Source of the DNA: Euprymna scolopes
Lineage: Eukaryota
Reading direction: 5' to 3' (one strand)
NCBI GenBank assembly: GCA_053919585.1
Contig: CM132796.1
Length of the DNA: 64,000 nt
Shown here: positions 1 to 14,300 of the stretch, piece after piece
Position numbering within the stretch: position 1 is the stretch's first letter
Layout: every line of letters begins with the position of its first letter
Made by a program: the position numbers and the translations under genes
Notes under the pieces: generated by a model
What the model was told of the DNA's origin: nothing
The model's input: the letters and a program-made list of their open reading frames with translations, nothing else
Databases searched by the model: none

Positions 1-3000
1 TGCAAAAGTTTTGTATAGCACATCTTCAAACATTTTGTATATCACATCTGCAAAAGTTTTGTATATCACATCTGCAAAAGTTTTGTATATCACATCTGCA
101 AAAGTTTTGTATATCACATCTGAAAAGGTTTTGTATATCACATCTGCAAAAGTTTTGTATATCACCTCTGCAAAATATTTGTACATCACATCTGCAAAAG
201 TTTTGTACATTACATCTGCAAAAGTTTTGTATATCACATCTGCAAAAGTTTTGTATATCACATCTGCAAAAGTTTTGTACATTACATCTGCAAACGTTTT
301 GTACATTACATCTGCAAAAGTTTTGTACATAATATCTGCAAAAGTTTTGTACATTACATCTGCCAACGTCTTGTACATTACATCTGCAAACGTTTTGTAC
401 ATTACATCTGCAAAAGTTTTGTACATTACATCAGCAAAAGTTTTGTACATTACATCTGCAAAAGTTTTGTATATCACATCTGCAAAAGTTTTGTACATTA
501 TATCTTCAAAAGTTTTGTACATTACATCTGCAAAAGTTATTTATATTACATCTGCAAAAGTTTTGTACAATACATCTGCAAAAGTTTTGTACATTATATC
601 TGCCAAAGTTTTGTACATTAAATCTGCAAACGTTTTGTACATTACATCTGCAAAAGTTTTGTACATTACATCTGCAAACGTTTTGCACATTACATCTGCA
701 AAAGTTTTGTATATCACACGTGCAAAAGTTTTGTACATTACATCTGCAAAACTTTTGTATATCACATCTGCAAAAGTTTTGTACATTACATCTGCAAAAG
801 TTTTGTACATTTCATCTGCAAAAGTTTTGTACATTACATCTGCAAAAGTTTTGTATATAACATCTGCAAAAGTTTTGGATATCACATCTGCAAAGGTTTT
901 GTATATCACATCTGCAAAAGTTTTGTATATAACATCTTCAAAAGTTTTGTATATCACATCTGCAAAAGTTTTGTATATCACATCTGCAAAGGTTTTGTAT
1001 ATCACATCTGAAAAAGTTTTGTATATCACCTCTGCAAAATTTTTGTATATCACATCTGCAAAAGTTTTGTACATTACATCTGCAAAAGTTTTGTACATTA
1101 CATCTGCAAAAGTTTTGTATATCACATCTGCAAAAGTTTTGTATATCACATGTGCAAAAGTTTTGTACATTACATCTGCAAAAGTTTTGTACATCACATC
1201 TGCAAAAGTTTGGTACATTACATCTGCCAACGTTTTGTACATCACATCTGCAAAACTTTTGTACATTACATCTGCAAAAGTTTTGTACATCAGATCTGCA
1301 AATGTTTTGTACATTACATCTGCAAAAGTTTTGTATATCACATCTGCTAAAGTTTTGTACATTACATCTGCAAAAGTTTTGTATATCACATCTGCAAAGA
1401 TTTTGTATATCACATCTGCAAAAGTTTTGTATATCACATCTGCAAAAGTTTTGTATATCACATCTGCAAAAGTTTTGTATATCACATCTGCAAAAGTTTT
1501 GTATATCACATCTGCAAAAGTTTTGTATATCACATCTGCAAAAGTTTTGTACATTACATCTGCAAACGTTTTGCACATTACATCTGCAAAAGTTTTGTAC
1601 ATAATATCTGCAAAAGTTTTGTACATTACATCTGCCAACGTCTTGTACATTACATCTGCAAACGTTTTGTACATTACATCTGCAAAAGTTTTGTACATTA
1701 CATCAGCAAAAGTATTGTACATTACATCTGCAAAAGTTTTGTATATCACATCTGCAAAAGTTTTGTACATTATATCTTCAAAAGTTTTGTACATGACATC
1801 TGCAAAAGTTATTTATATTACAGCTGCAAAAGTTTTGTACAATACATCTGCAAAAGTTTTGTACATTATATCTGCCAAAGTTTTGTACATTACATCTGCA
1901 AAAGTTTTGTACATTACATCTGCAAAAGTTTTGTACATTACATCTGCAAACGTTTTGCACATTACATCTGCAAAAGTTTTGTATATCATACGTGCAAAAG
2001 TTTTGTACATTACATCTGAAAAACTTTTGTATATCACATCTGCAAAAGTTGTGTACATTACATCTGCAAGAGTTTTGTACATTACATCTGCAAAAGTTTT
2101 GTACATTACATCTGCAAAAGTTTTGTATATAACATCTGCAAAAGTTTTGGATATCACATCTGCAAAGGTTTTGTATATCACATCTGCAAAAGTTTTGTAT
2201 ATAACATCTTCAAAAGTTTTGTATATCACATCTGCAAAAGTTTTGTATATCACATCTGCAAAGGTTTTGTATATCACATCTGCAAAAGTTTTGTATATCA
2301 CATCTGCAAAAGTTTTGTATATCACATCTGCAAAAGTTTTGTATAGCACATCTTCAAACATTTTGTATATCACATCTGCAAAAGTTTTGTATATCACATC
2401 TGCAAAAGTTTTGTATATCACATCTGCAAAAGTTTTGTATATCACATCTGAAAAGGTTTTGTATATCACATCTGCAAAAGTTTTGTATATCACCTCTGCA
2501 AAATATTTGTACATCACATCTGCAAAAGTTTTGTACATTACATCTGCAAAAGTTTTGTATATCACATCTGCAAAAGTTTTGTATATCACATCTGCAAAAG
2601 TTTTGTACATTACATCTGCAAACGTTTTGTACATTACATCTGCAAAAGTTTTGTACATAATATCTGCAAAAGTTTTGTACATTACATCTGCCAACGTCTT
2701 GTACATTACATCTGCAAACGTTTTGTACATTACATCTGCAAAAGTTTTGTACATTACATCAGCAAAAGTTTTGTACATTACATCTGCAAAAGTTTTGTAT
2801 ATCACATCTGCAAAAGTTTTGTACATTATATCTTCAAAAGTTTTGTACATTACATCTGCAAAAGTTATTTATATTACATCTGCAAAAGTTTTGTACAATA
2901 CATCTGCAAAAGTTTTGTACATTATATCTGCCAAAGTTTTGTACATTAAATCTGCAAACGTTTTGTACATTACATCTGCAAAAGTTTTGTACATTACATC

Positions 3001-3850
3001 TGCAAACGTTTTGCACATTACATCTGCAAAAGTTTTGTATATCACACGTGCAAAAGTTTTGTACATTACATCTGCAAAACTTTTGTATATCACATCTGCA
3101 AAAGTTTTGTACATTACATCTGCAAAAGTTTTGTACATTTCATCTGCAAAAGTTTTGTACATTACATCTGCAAAAGTTTTGTATATAACATCTGCAAAAG
3201 TTTTGGATATCACATCTGCAAAGGTTTTGTATATCACATCTGCAAAAGTTTTGTATATAACATCTTCAAAAGTTTTGTATATCACATCTGCAAAAGTTTT
3301 GTATATCACATCTGCAAAGGTTTTGTATATCACATCTGAAAAAGTTTTGTATATCACCTCTGCAAAATTTTTGTATATCACATCTGCAAAAGTTTTGTAC
3401 ATTACATCTGCAAAAGTTTTGTACATTACATCTGCAAAAGTTTTGTATATCACATCTGCAAAAGTTTTGTATATCACATGTGCAAAAGTTTTGTACATTA
3501 CATCTGCAAAAGTTTTGTACATCACATCTGCAAAAGTTTGGTACATTACATCTGCCAACGTTTTGTACATCACATCTGCAAAACTTTTGTACATTACATC
3601 TGCAAAAGTTTTGTACATCAGATCTGCAAATGTTTTGTACATTACATCTGCAAAAGTTTTGTATATCACATCTGCTAAAGTTTTGTACATTACATCTGCA
3701 AAAGTTTTGTATATCACATCTGCAAAGGTTTTGTATATCACATCTGCAAAAGTTTTGTATATCACATCTGCAAAAGTTTTGTATATCACATCTGCAAAAG
3801 TTTTGTATATCACATCTGCAAAAGTTTTGTATATCACATCTGCAAAAGTT
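1..3850. repeat. Higher-order duplication in the satellite, offset 2328 bp (97 monomers), with an inner 1272-bp (53-monomer) duplication
   Basis: The rare-variant string GTATAGCACATCTTCAAACATTTTG occurs at 13 and 2341. Identical ORF pairs 506/2834 and 1150/3478, and a near-identical ORF at 1778. Right boundary approximate. Confidence 0.9.
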
Positions 3851-5220
3851 TTGTATATCACATCTGCAAAAGTTTTGTATATCACATCTGCAAAAGTTTT
3901 GTATATCACATCCGCAAAAGTTTTGTATATCACATCTGCAAAAGGTTTGTATATCACATCTGCAAAATTTTTGTATATCACATCTGCAAAAGTTTTGTAT
4001 ATAACATCTGCAAAAGTTTTGTACATTTCATCTGCAAATGTTTTGTACATTACATCTCCAAAAGTTTTGTATATCACATCTGCAAAAGTTTTGTATATCA
4101 CATGAGCAAAAGTTTTGTACATTACATCTGCAAAGGTTTTGTACATCACATCTGCAAACGTTTTGTACATTACACCTGCAAACGTTTTGTATATCACATC
4201 TGCAAAACTTTTGTACATTACATCTTCAAAAGTTTTGTACATCAGATCTGCAAAAGTTTTGTACATTACATCTGCAAAAGTTTTGTATATCACATCTGCT
4301 AAAGTTTTGTATATCACATCTGCAAAAGTTTTGTATATCACATCTGCAAAAGTTTTTTACATTACATCTGCAAAAATTTTGTATATCACATCTGCAAAAG
4401 TTTTGTATATCACATCTGCAAAGGTTTTGTATATCACATCTGCAAAAGTTTTGTATATCACCTCTGCAAAATTTTTGTACATCACATCTGCAAAATATTT
4501 GTACATTACATCTGAAAAAGTTTTGTATATCACATCTGCAAAAGTTTTGTATATCACATGTGCAAAAGTTTTGTACATTACATCTGCAAACGTTTTGTAC
4601 ATTACATCTGCAAAAGTTTTGTACATTACATCTGCAAACGTTTTGTATATCACATCTGCCAACGTCTTGTACATTACATCTGCAAACGTTTTGTACATTA
4701 CATCTGCAAAAGTTTTGTACATTACATCAGCAAAAGTTTTGTATATTACATCTGCAAAAGTTTTGTATATCACATCTGCAAAAGTTTTGTACATCACATC
4801 TGCAAAGGTTTTGTACATTACATCTGCAAAAGTTTTGTATATTACATGTGCAAAAGTTTTGTATATCACATCTGCAAAAGTTTTGTACATTACATCTGCA
4901 AAAGTTTTGTACATTACATCTACAAAAGTTTTGTACATTACATCTGCAAAAGTTTTGTACATTACATCTGCAAAAGTGTTGTACATTAAATCTGCGAAAG
5001 TTTTGCACATTACATCTGCAAAAGTTTTGTATATCACATCTGATAAAGTTTTGAACATTACATCTGCAAAATTTTTGTATATCACATCTGCAAAAGTTTT
5101 GTACATTACATCTGCAAAAGTTTTGTATATCACATCTGCAAATGTTCTGTACATTACATCTGCAAAAATTTGTATATCACATCTGCAAAACTTTTGTATA
5201 TCCCATCTGTAAAAGTTTTG

Positions 5221-5249
5221 TGTATTATTATACAAACAACGTGACAGCG

Positions 5250-5289
<40 letters not shown>

Positions 5290-5321
5290 ATTCGCTGTCA
5301 CGGTGTTTGTATAAATTTACC
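5221..5321. mobile_element. MITE-like non-autonomous DNA transposon carrying telomeric repeats, inserted in the satellite
   Basis: 22-bp inverted repeats at 5228-5249 (TTATACAAACAACGTGACAGCG) and 5293-5314 with 1 mismatch, extending imperfectly to the ends. AAGTTTTG(T) is duplicated at 5213-5220(1) and 5322-5329(30). Removing the insert and one TSD copy restores an intact monomer. Confidence 0.85.
5250..5288 (+). repeat. Interstitial telomeric repeat (TTAGGG)3 TTTAGGG (TTAGGG)2 TT
   Basis: Read directly. TTAGGG is the ancestral metazoan telomere motif. Confidence 0.97.
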
Positions 5322-8300
5322 AAGTTTTGTATATCACATCTGCAAAAGTTTTGTATATCACATCTGCAAAGGTTTTGTATATCACATCTGCAAAAGCTTT
5401 GTATATCACATCTGCAAAAGTTTTGTATATTACATCTGCAAAAGTTTTGTATATCACATCTGCAAAAGTTTTGTATATCACATCTGCAAAAGTTTTGTAT
5501 ATCACATCTGCAAAAGTTTTGTATATTACATCTGCAAAAGTTTTGTATATCACATCTGCAAAGGTTTTGTATATCACATCTGAAAAAGTTTTGTATATCA
5601 CCTCTGCAACATTTTTGGTATATAACATCTTCAAAAGTTTTGTACATTACATCTGACAAAGTTTTGTACATTACATCTGCAAACGTTTTGTATATCACAT
5701 CTGCAAAAGTTTTGTATATCACATCTGCAAAAGTTTTGTACATTACATCTGCAAAAGTTTTGTACATCACATCTGCGAAACCTTTGTACATTACCTCTGC
5801 AAAAGTTTTGTACATCAGGTCTGCAAATGTCTTGTACATTACATCTGCAAAAGTTTTGTATATCACATCTGCCAAAGTTTTGTACATTACATCTGCAAAG
5901 GTTTTGTACATTACATCTGCAAAAGTTTTGTACATTACATCTGACAAAAGTTTTGTATATTACATCTGCAAAAGTGTTGCACATTACATCTGCAAAAGTT
6001 TTGTATATCACATGTGCAAAAGTTTTGTACATTACATCTACAAAAGTTTTGTATATCACATCTGCAAACGTTTTGTACATTACATCTGCAACGGTTTTGT
6101 ATATCACATCTGCAAAAGTTTTGGATATCACATCTGCAAAAGTTTTGTATATCACATCTGCAAAAGTTTTGTATATCACATCTTCAAAAGTTTTGTATAT
6201 CACATCTGCAACAGTTTTGTATATCACATCTGCAAGGGTTTTGTATATCACATCTGCAAATGTTTTGTATATCACATCTGCAAAGGTTTTGTATATCACA
6301 TCTGAAAAAGTTTTGTATATCACCTCTGCAAAATTTTTGTATATCACATCTGCAAAAGTTTTGTACATTACATCTGCAAATGTTTTGTACATTACATCTG
6401 CAAAAGTTTTGTATATCACATCTTCAAAAGTTTTGTATATCACATGTGCAAAAGTTTTGTACATTACATCTGCAAATGTTTTGTACATCACATCTGCAAA
6501 AGTTTGGTACATTACATCTGCAAACGTTTTGTACATCACATCTGCAAAACATTTGTACATTACATCTGCAAAAGTTTTGTACATCAGATCTGCAAATGTT
6601 TTGTACATTACATCTGCAAAAGTTTTGTATATCACATCTGCTAAAGTTTTGTACATTACATCTGCAAAAGTTTTGTATATCACATCTGCAAAAGTTTTGT
6701 ATATCACACCTGCAAAGGTTTTGTATATCACATCTGCAAAAGTTTTGTATATCGCATCTGCAAAAGTTGCGTATATCACATCTGCAAAAGTTTTGTATAT
6801 CACATCTGCAAAAGTCTTGTATATCACATCTGCAAAAGTTTTGTATATCATATCTGCAAAAGTTTTGTATATCACATCCGCAAAAGTTTTGTATATCACA
6901 TCTGCAAAAGGTTTGTATATCACATCTGCAAAATTTTTGTATATCACATCTGCTAAAGTTTTGTATATAACATCTGCAAAAGCTTTGTATATCACATCTG
7001 CTAAAGTTTTGTATATCACATCTGCAAAAGTTTTGTATATCACATGTGCCAAAGTTTTGTATATCACATCTGCAAAAGTTTTGTACATTACATCAGCAAA
7101 GGTTTTGTACATTACATCTGCAAAAGTTTCGTACATTACATCTGCAAAAGTTTTGTATATCACATCTGCAAAAGTTTTGTACATTACATCTGCAAAAGTT
7201 TTGTATATCACATCTGCAAAAGTTTTGTACATTACATCTGCAAAAGTTTTGTATATCACATCTGCAAAAGTTTTGTACATTACATCTGCAAGAATTTTGT
7301 ATATCACATCTGCAAAAGTTTTGTATATCACATCTGCTAAAGCTTTGTATATCACATCTGCAAAAGTTTTGTATATCACATCTTCAAAAGTTTTGTATAT
7401 CACATCTGCAAAAGTTTTGTATATCACATCTGCAAAAGTTTTGTATATCACATCTGCAAAAGTTTTGTATATCACATCTGCAAAGGTTTGGTATATCACA
7501 TCTGCAAAAGTTTTGTATATCACCTCTGCAAAATTTTTGTACATCACATCTGCAAAATTTTTGTACATTACATCTGCAAAAGTTTTGTATATCACATCTG
7601 CAAAAGTTTTGTATATCACATGTGCAAAAGTTTTGTACATTACATCTGCAAACGTTTTGTACATTACATCTGCAAAAGTTTTGTACATTACATCTGCAAA
7701 TGTTTTGTACATTACATCTGTCAACGTCTTGTACATTACATCTGCAAACGTTTTGTACATTACATCTGCAAAAGTTTTGTACATTACATCAGCAAAAGTT
7801 TTGTACATTACATCTGCAAAAGTTTTGTATATCACATCTGCAAAAGTTTTGTACATTACATCTGCAAAGGTTTTGTACATTACATCTGCAAAAGTTTTGT
7901 ATATTACATCTGCAAAAGTTTTGTATATCACATCTGCAAAAGTTTTGTACATTACATCTGCAAAAGTTTTGTACATTACATCTGCAAAAGTTTTGTACAT
8001 TACATCTGCAAAAGTTTTGTACATTACATCTGCAAAAGTTTTGTACATTACATCTGCAAAAGTTTTGTACATTACATCTGCAAAAGTTTTGTACATTACA
8101 TCTGCAAACGTTTTGCACATTACATCTGCAAAAGTTTTGTATATCACATCTGCAAAATTTTTCTACATTACATCTGCAAAAGTTTGGTATATCACATCTG
8201 AAAAAGTTTTGTACATTACATCTGCAAAAGTATTGTATATCACATCTGCAAAGGTTTTGTATATCACATCTGAAAAAGTTTTGTATATCACCTCTGCAAA

Positions 8301-11300
8301 ATTTTTGTATATCACATCTTCAAAGGTTTTGTACATTACATCTGCAAAAGTTTTGTACATTACATCTGCAAAAGTTTTGTATATCACATCTGCAAAAGTT
8401 TTGTATATCACATGTGCAAAAGTTTTGTACATTACATCTGCAAAAGTTTTGTACATCACATCTGCAAAAGTTTTGTACATTACATCTGCAAACGTTTTGT
8501 ACATCACATCTGCGACACTTTTGTACATTACATCTGCAAAAGTTTTTTACATCAGATCTGCAAATGTTTTGTACATTCCATCTGCAAAAGTTTTGTATAT
8601 CACATCTGCTAAAGTTTTGTACATTACATCAGCAAAAGTTTTGTATATCACATCTTCAAAAGCTTTGTATATCACATCTGCAAAAGTTTTGTATATCAAA
8701 TCTGCAAAAGTTTTGTATATCACATCTGCAAAAGTTTTGTATATCACATCTGCAAAAGTTTTTTATATCACATCTGCAAAAGTTTTGTATATCACATCTG
8801 CAAATGTTTTGTATATCACATCCGCAAAAGTTTTGTATATCACATCTGCAAAAGGTTAGTATATCACATCTGCAAAAGTTTTGCATATCACATCTGCAAA
8901 AGTTTCGTATATCACATCTGCAAAAGTTTTGTACATTACATCTGCAAAAGTTTTGTACATTACATCTGCAACAGTTTTGTATATCACATCTGCAAAAGTT
9001 TTGTATATCACATGTGCAAAGGTTTTGTACATTACATCTGCAAAAGTTTTGTACATCACATCTGCAAACGTTTTGTACATTACACCTGCAAACGTTTTGT
9101 ACATCACATCTGCAAAGCTTTTGTACATTACATCTGCAAAAGTTTTGTACATCAGATCTGCAAACGTTTTATACATTACATCTGAAAAAGTTTTGTATAT
9201 CACATCTGCAAAAGTATTGTATATCACATCTGCAAAAGTTTTGTATATAACATCTGCAAAAGTTTTGTATATCACATGTGCAAAAGTTTTGTATATCACA
9301 TCTGCAAAAGTTTTGTACATTACATCTGCAAAAGTTTTGTACATTACATCTGCAAAAGTTTTGTATATCACATCTGCAAAAGTTTTGTATATCACATCTG
9401 CAAAAGTTTTGTACATTACATCTGCAAAAGTTTTGTACATTACATCTGCAAATGTTTTGTACATCACATCTGCAAAAGTTTTGTACATTACATCTGCAAA
9501 AGATTTGTATATCACATCTGCAAAATTTTGTACATTACATCTGCAAAAATTTTGTTTATCACATCTGCAAAAGTTTTGTATATCACATCTGCAAAAGTTT
9601 TGTATATCACATCTGCAAAAGTTTTGTATATCACATCTTCAAAAGTTTTGTATATCACATCTGCAAAAGTTTTGTATATCACATCTGCAAAAGTTTTGTA
9701 TATCACATCTGCAAAAGTTTTGTATATCACATCTGCAAAGGTTTTGTATATCAAATCTGCAAAAGTTTTGTATATCACATCTGCAAAAGTTTTGTATATC
9801 ACATCTGCAAAAGTTTTGTATATCACATCTGCAAAAGTTTTGTATATCACATCTGCAAATGTTTTGTGTATCACATTTGCAAAAGTTTTGTATATCACAT
9901 CTGCAAAAGTTTTGTACATTACATCTGCAAAGGTTTTGTACATTACATCTGCAAAAGTTTTGTATATCACATCTGCAAAAGTTTTGTATATCACATGTGC
10001 AAATGTTTTGTACATTACATCTGCAAAAGTTTTGTACATCACATCTGAAAACGTTTTGTACATTACACCTGCAAACGTTTTGTACATCACATCTGAAAAA
10101 CTTTTGTACATTACATCTGCAAAAGTGTTGTACATCAGATCTGCAAACGTTTTATACATTACATCTGCAAAAGTTTTGTATATCACATCTGCTAAAGTTT
10201 CTATATCACATCTGCAAAAGTTTTGTATACCACATCTGCAAAGGTTTTGTGTATCACATCTGCAAAAGTTTTGTATATCACCTCTGCATCACCTCTGCAA
10301 AATTTTTGTATATCACATCTGCAAAAGTTTTGTACATTACATCTGCAAAATTTTTGTATATCACATCTGCAAAAGTTTTGTACATTACATCTGCAAAAAT
10401 TTTGTATATCACATCTGCAAACGTTTTGTATATCACATCTGCAAAAGTTTTGTATATCACATCTGCAAAAGTTTTGTATATCACATCTTCAAAAGTTTTG
10501 TATATCACATCTGCAAAAGTTTTGTATATCACATCTGCAAAAGTTTTGTATATCACATTTGCAAAAGTTTTGTATATCACATCCGCAAAGGTTTTGTATA
10601 TCACATCTGCAAAAGTTTTGTATATCACCTCTGCAAAATGTTTGTACATCACATCTGCAAAATTTTTGTACATTACATCTGCAAAAGTTTTGTATATCAC
10701 ATCTGCAAAAGTTTTGTATATCACATGTGCAAAAGTTTTGTACATTACATCTGCAAACGTTTTGTACATTACATCTGCAAAAGTTTTGTACATTACATCT
10801 GCAAATGGTATGTACATTACATCTGTCAACGTCTTGTACATTACATCTGCAAACGTTTTGTACATTACATCTGCAAAAGTTTTGTACATTACATCAGCAA
10901 AAGTTTTGTACATTACATCTGCAAAAGTTTTGTATATCACATCTGCAAACGTTTTGTACATTACATCTGCAAAAGTTTTGTATATTACATCTGCAAAAGT
11001 TTTGTATATCACATCTGCAAAAGTTTTGTACATTACATCTGCAAAAGTTTTGTACATTACATCTGCAAAACTTTTGTACATTACATCTGCAAAAGTTTTG
11101 TACATTACATCTGCAAAAGTTTTGTACATAACATCTGCAAATGTTTTGTACATTACATCTGCAAAGTTCTGTACATTACATCTGCAAAAGTTTTGTACAT
11201 TACATCTGCAAAAGTTTTGTACATTACATCTGCAAAAGTTTTGCACATTACATCTGCAAAAGTTTTGTATGTCACATCTGCAAAAGTTTTGTACATTACA

Positions 11301-14300
11301 TCTGCAAAAGTTTTGTATATCACATCTGCAAATGTTTTGTACATTACATCTGCAAAAGTTTTGTATATCACATCTGCGAAAGTTTTGTACATTACATCTG
11401 CAAAAGTATTGTATATCACATCTGCAAATGTTTTGTATATCACATCTGAAAAAGTTTTGTATATCCCCCCTGCAAAATTTTTGTATATCACATCTTCAAA
11501 GGTTTTGTACATTACATCTGCAAAAGTTTTGTACATTACATCTGCAAAAGTTTTGTATATCACATCTGCAAAAGTTTTGTATATCACATGTTCAAAAGTT
11601 TTGTACATTACATCTGCAAAACTTTTGTACATCACATCTGCAAAAGTTTTGTAATTTACATCTGCAAACGTTTTGTACATCACATCTGCGAAACTTTTGT
11701 ACATTACATCTGCAAAAGTTTTGTACATCAGATCTGCAAAAGTTTTGTACATTACATCTGCAAATGTTTTGTACATCACATCTGCAACAGTTTTGTACAT
11801 TACATCTGCAAACGTTTTGTACATCACATCTGCGAAACTTTTGTACATTACATCTGCAAAAGTTTTGTATATCACATCTTCAAAAGTTTTGTATATCACA
11901 TCTGCAAAAGTTTTGTATATCACATCTGCAACAGTTTTGTATATCACATCTGCAAAAGTTTTGTATATCACATCTGCAAAAGTTTTTTATATCACATCTG
12001 AAAAAGTTTTGTATATCACATCTGCAAAAGTTTTGTATATCACATCCGCAAAAGTTTTGTATATCACATCTGCAAAAGGTTTGTATATCACATCTGCAAA
12101 GTTTTTGCATATCACATCTGCAAAAGTTTCGTATATCACATCTGCAAAAGTTTTGTACATTACATCTGCAAAAGTTTTGTACATTACATCTGCAAAAGTT
12201 TTGTATATCACATCTGCAAAAGTTTTGTATATCACATGTGCAAAAGTTTTGTACATTACATCTGCAAAAGTTTTGTACATCACATCTGCAAACGTTTTGT
12301 ACATTACACCTGCAAACGTTTTGTACATCAGATCTGCAAAACTTTTGTACATTACATCTTCAAAAGTTTTGTACATCAGATCTGCAAACGTTTTATACAT
12401 TACATCTGCAAAAGTTTTGTATATCACATCTGCTAAAGCCTTGTATATCACATCTGCAAAAGTTTTGTATATCACATCTGCACAAGTTTTGTATATCACA
12501 TGTGCAAAAGTTTTGTATATTACATCTGCAAAAGTTTTGTACATTACATCTGCAAATGTTTTGTACATTACATCTGCAAACGTTTTGTATATCACATCTT
12601 CAAAAGTTTTGTATATCACATCTGAAAAAGTTTTGTACATTGCATCTGCAAAAGTTTTGTACATTACATCTGCAAAAGTTTTGTACATTACATCTGCAAA
12701 AGTTTTGTACATTACATCTGCAAAAGTTTTGTATATCACATCTGCAAAAGTTTTGTACATTACATCTGCAAAAGTTTTGTATATCACATCTGCAAAAGTT
12801 TTGTACATTACATCTGCAAAAGTTTTGTATATAACATCTGCAAAAGTTTTGGATATCACATCTGCAAAGGTTTTGTATATCACATCTGCAAAAGTTTTGT
12901 ATATCACATCTCCAAAGTTTTGCATATCACATCTGCAAAAGTTTTGTATATCACATCTGCAAAAGTTTTGTATATCACATCTGCAAAAGTTTTGTACATT
13001 ATCTCTGCAAAAGTTTTGTACATAATATCTGCAAAAGTTTTGTACATTACATCTGCAAAAGTTTTGTACATTACATCTGCAAAAGTTTTGTATATCACAT
13101 CTGCAAAAGTTTTGTACATTACATCTGCAAAAGTATTGTATATCACATCTGCAAAGGCTTTGTATATCACATCTGAAAAAGTTTTGTATATCACCTTTGC
13201 AGAATTTGTGTATATCACATCTGCAAAGGTTTTGTATATCACATGTGCAAAAGTTTTGTATATCACATCTGCAAAAGTTTTGTACATTACATCTGCAAAG
13301 GTTTTGTACATTACATTTGCAAATGTTTTGTACATTACATCTGCAAAAGTTTTGTATATCAAATCTGCAAAAGTTTTGTACATTACATCTGCAAAAGTTT
13401 TGTATATCACATCTGCAAAAGTTTTGTACATTAAATCTGCAAAAGTTTTGTATATCACATCTGCAAAAGTTTTGTACATTACATCTGGAAATATTTTGTA
13501 TATCACATCTGCAAAAGTTTTGTATATCACATCTGCAAATGTTTTGTATATCACATCTGCAAAAGTTTTGTATATCACATCTTCAAAAGTTTTGTATATC
13601 ACATCTGCAAAAGTTTTCTATATCACATCTGCAAAAGTTTTGTATATAACATCTGCAAAGGTTTTGTATATCACATCTGCAAAAGTTTTGTATATCACCT
13701 CTGCAAAATTTTTGTACATCACATCTGCAAAGTTTTTGTACATTACATCTGCAAAAGTTTTGTACATTACATCTGCAAAAGTTTTGTATATCACATCTGC
13801 AAAAGTTTTGTATATCACATGTGCAAAAGTTTTGTACATTACATCTGCAAAAGTTTTGTACATCACATCTGCAAAAGTTTGGTACATTACATCTGCAAAC
13901 GTTTTGTACATCACATCTGCGACACTTTTGTACATTACATCTGCAAAAGTTTTTTACATCAGATCTGCAAATGTTTTGTACATTCCATCTGCAAAAGTTT
14001 TGTATATCACATCTGCTAAAGTTTTGTACATTACATCAGCAAATGTTTTGTATATCACATCTTCAATAGTTTTGTATATCACATCTGCAAAAGTTTTGTA
14101 TATCACATCTGCAAAAGTTTTGTATATCACATCTGCAAAAGTTTTGTATATCACATCTGCAAAAGTTTTTTATATCACATCTGCAAAAGTTTTGTATATC
14201 ACATCTGCAAAAGTTTTGTATATCACATCCGCAAAAGTTTTGTATATCACATCTGCAAAAGGTTTGTATATCACATCCGCAAAAGTTTTGCATATCACAT

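Noticed and set aside
5250-5288. True telomere or chromosome fusion site
   Set aside because: Only six units in one orientation, enclosed by TIRs and a TSD, with the satellite continuing in register.
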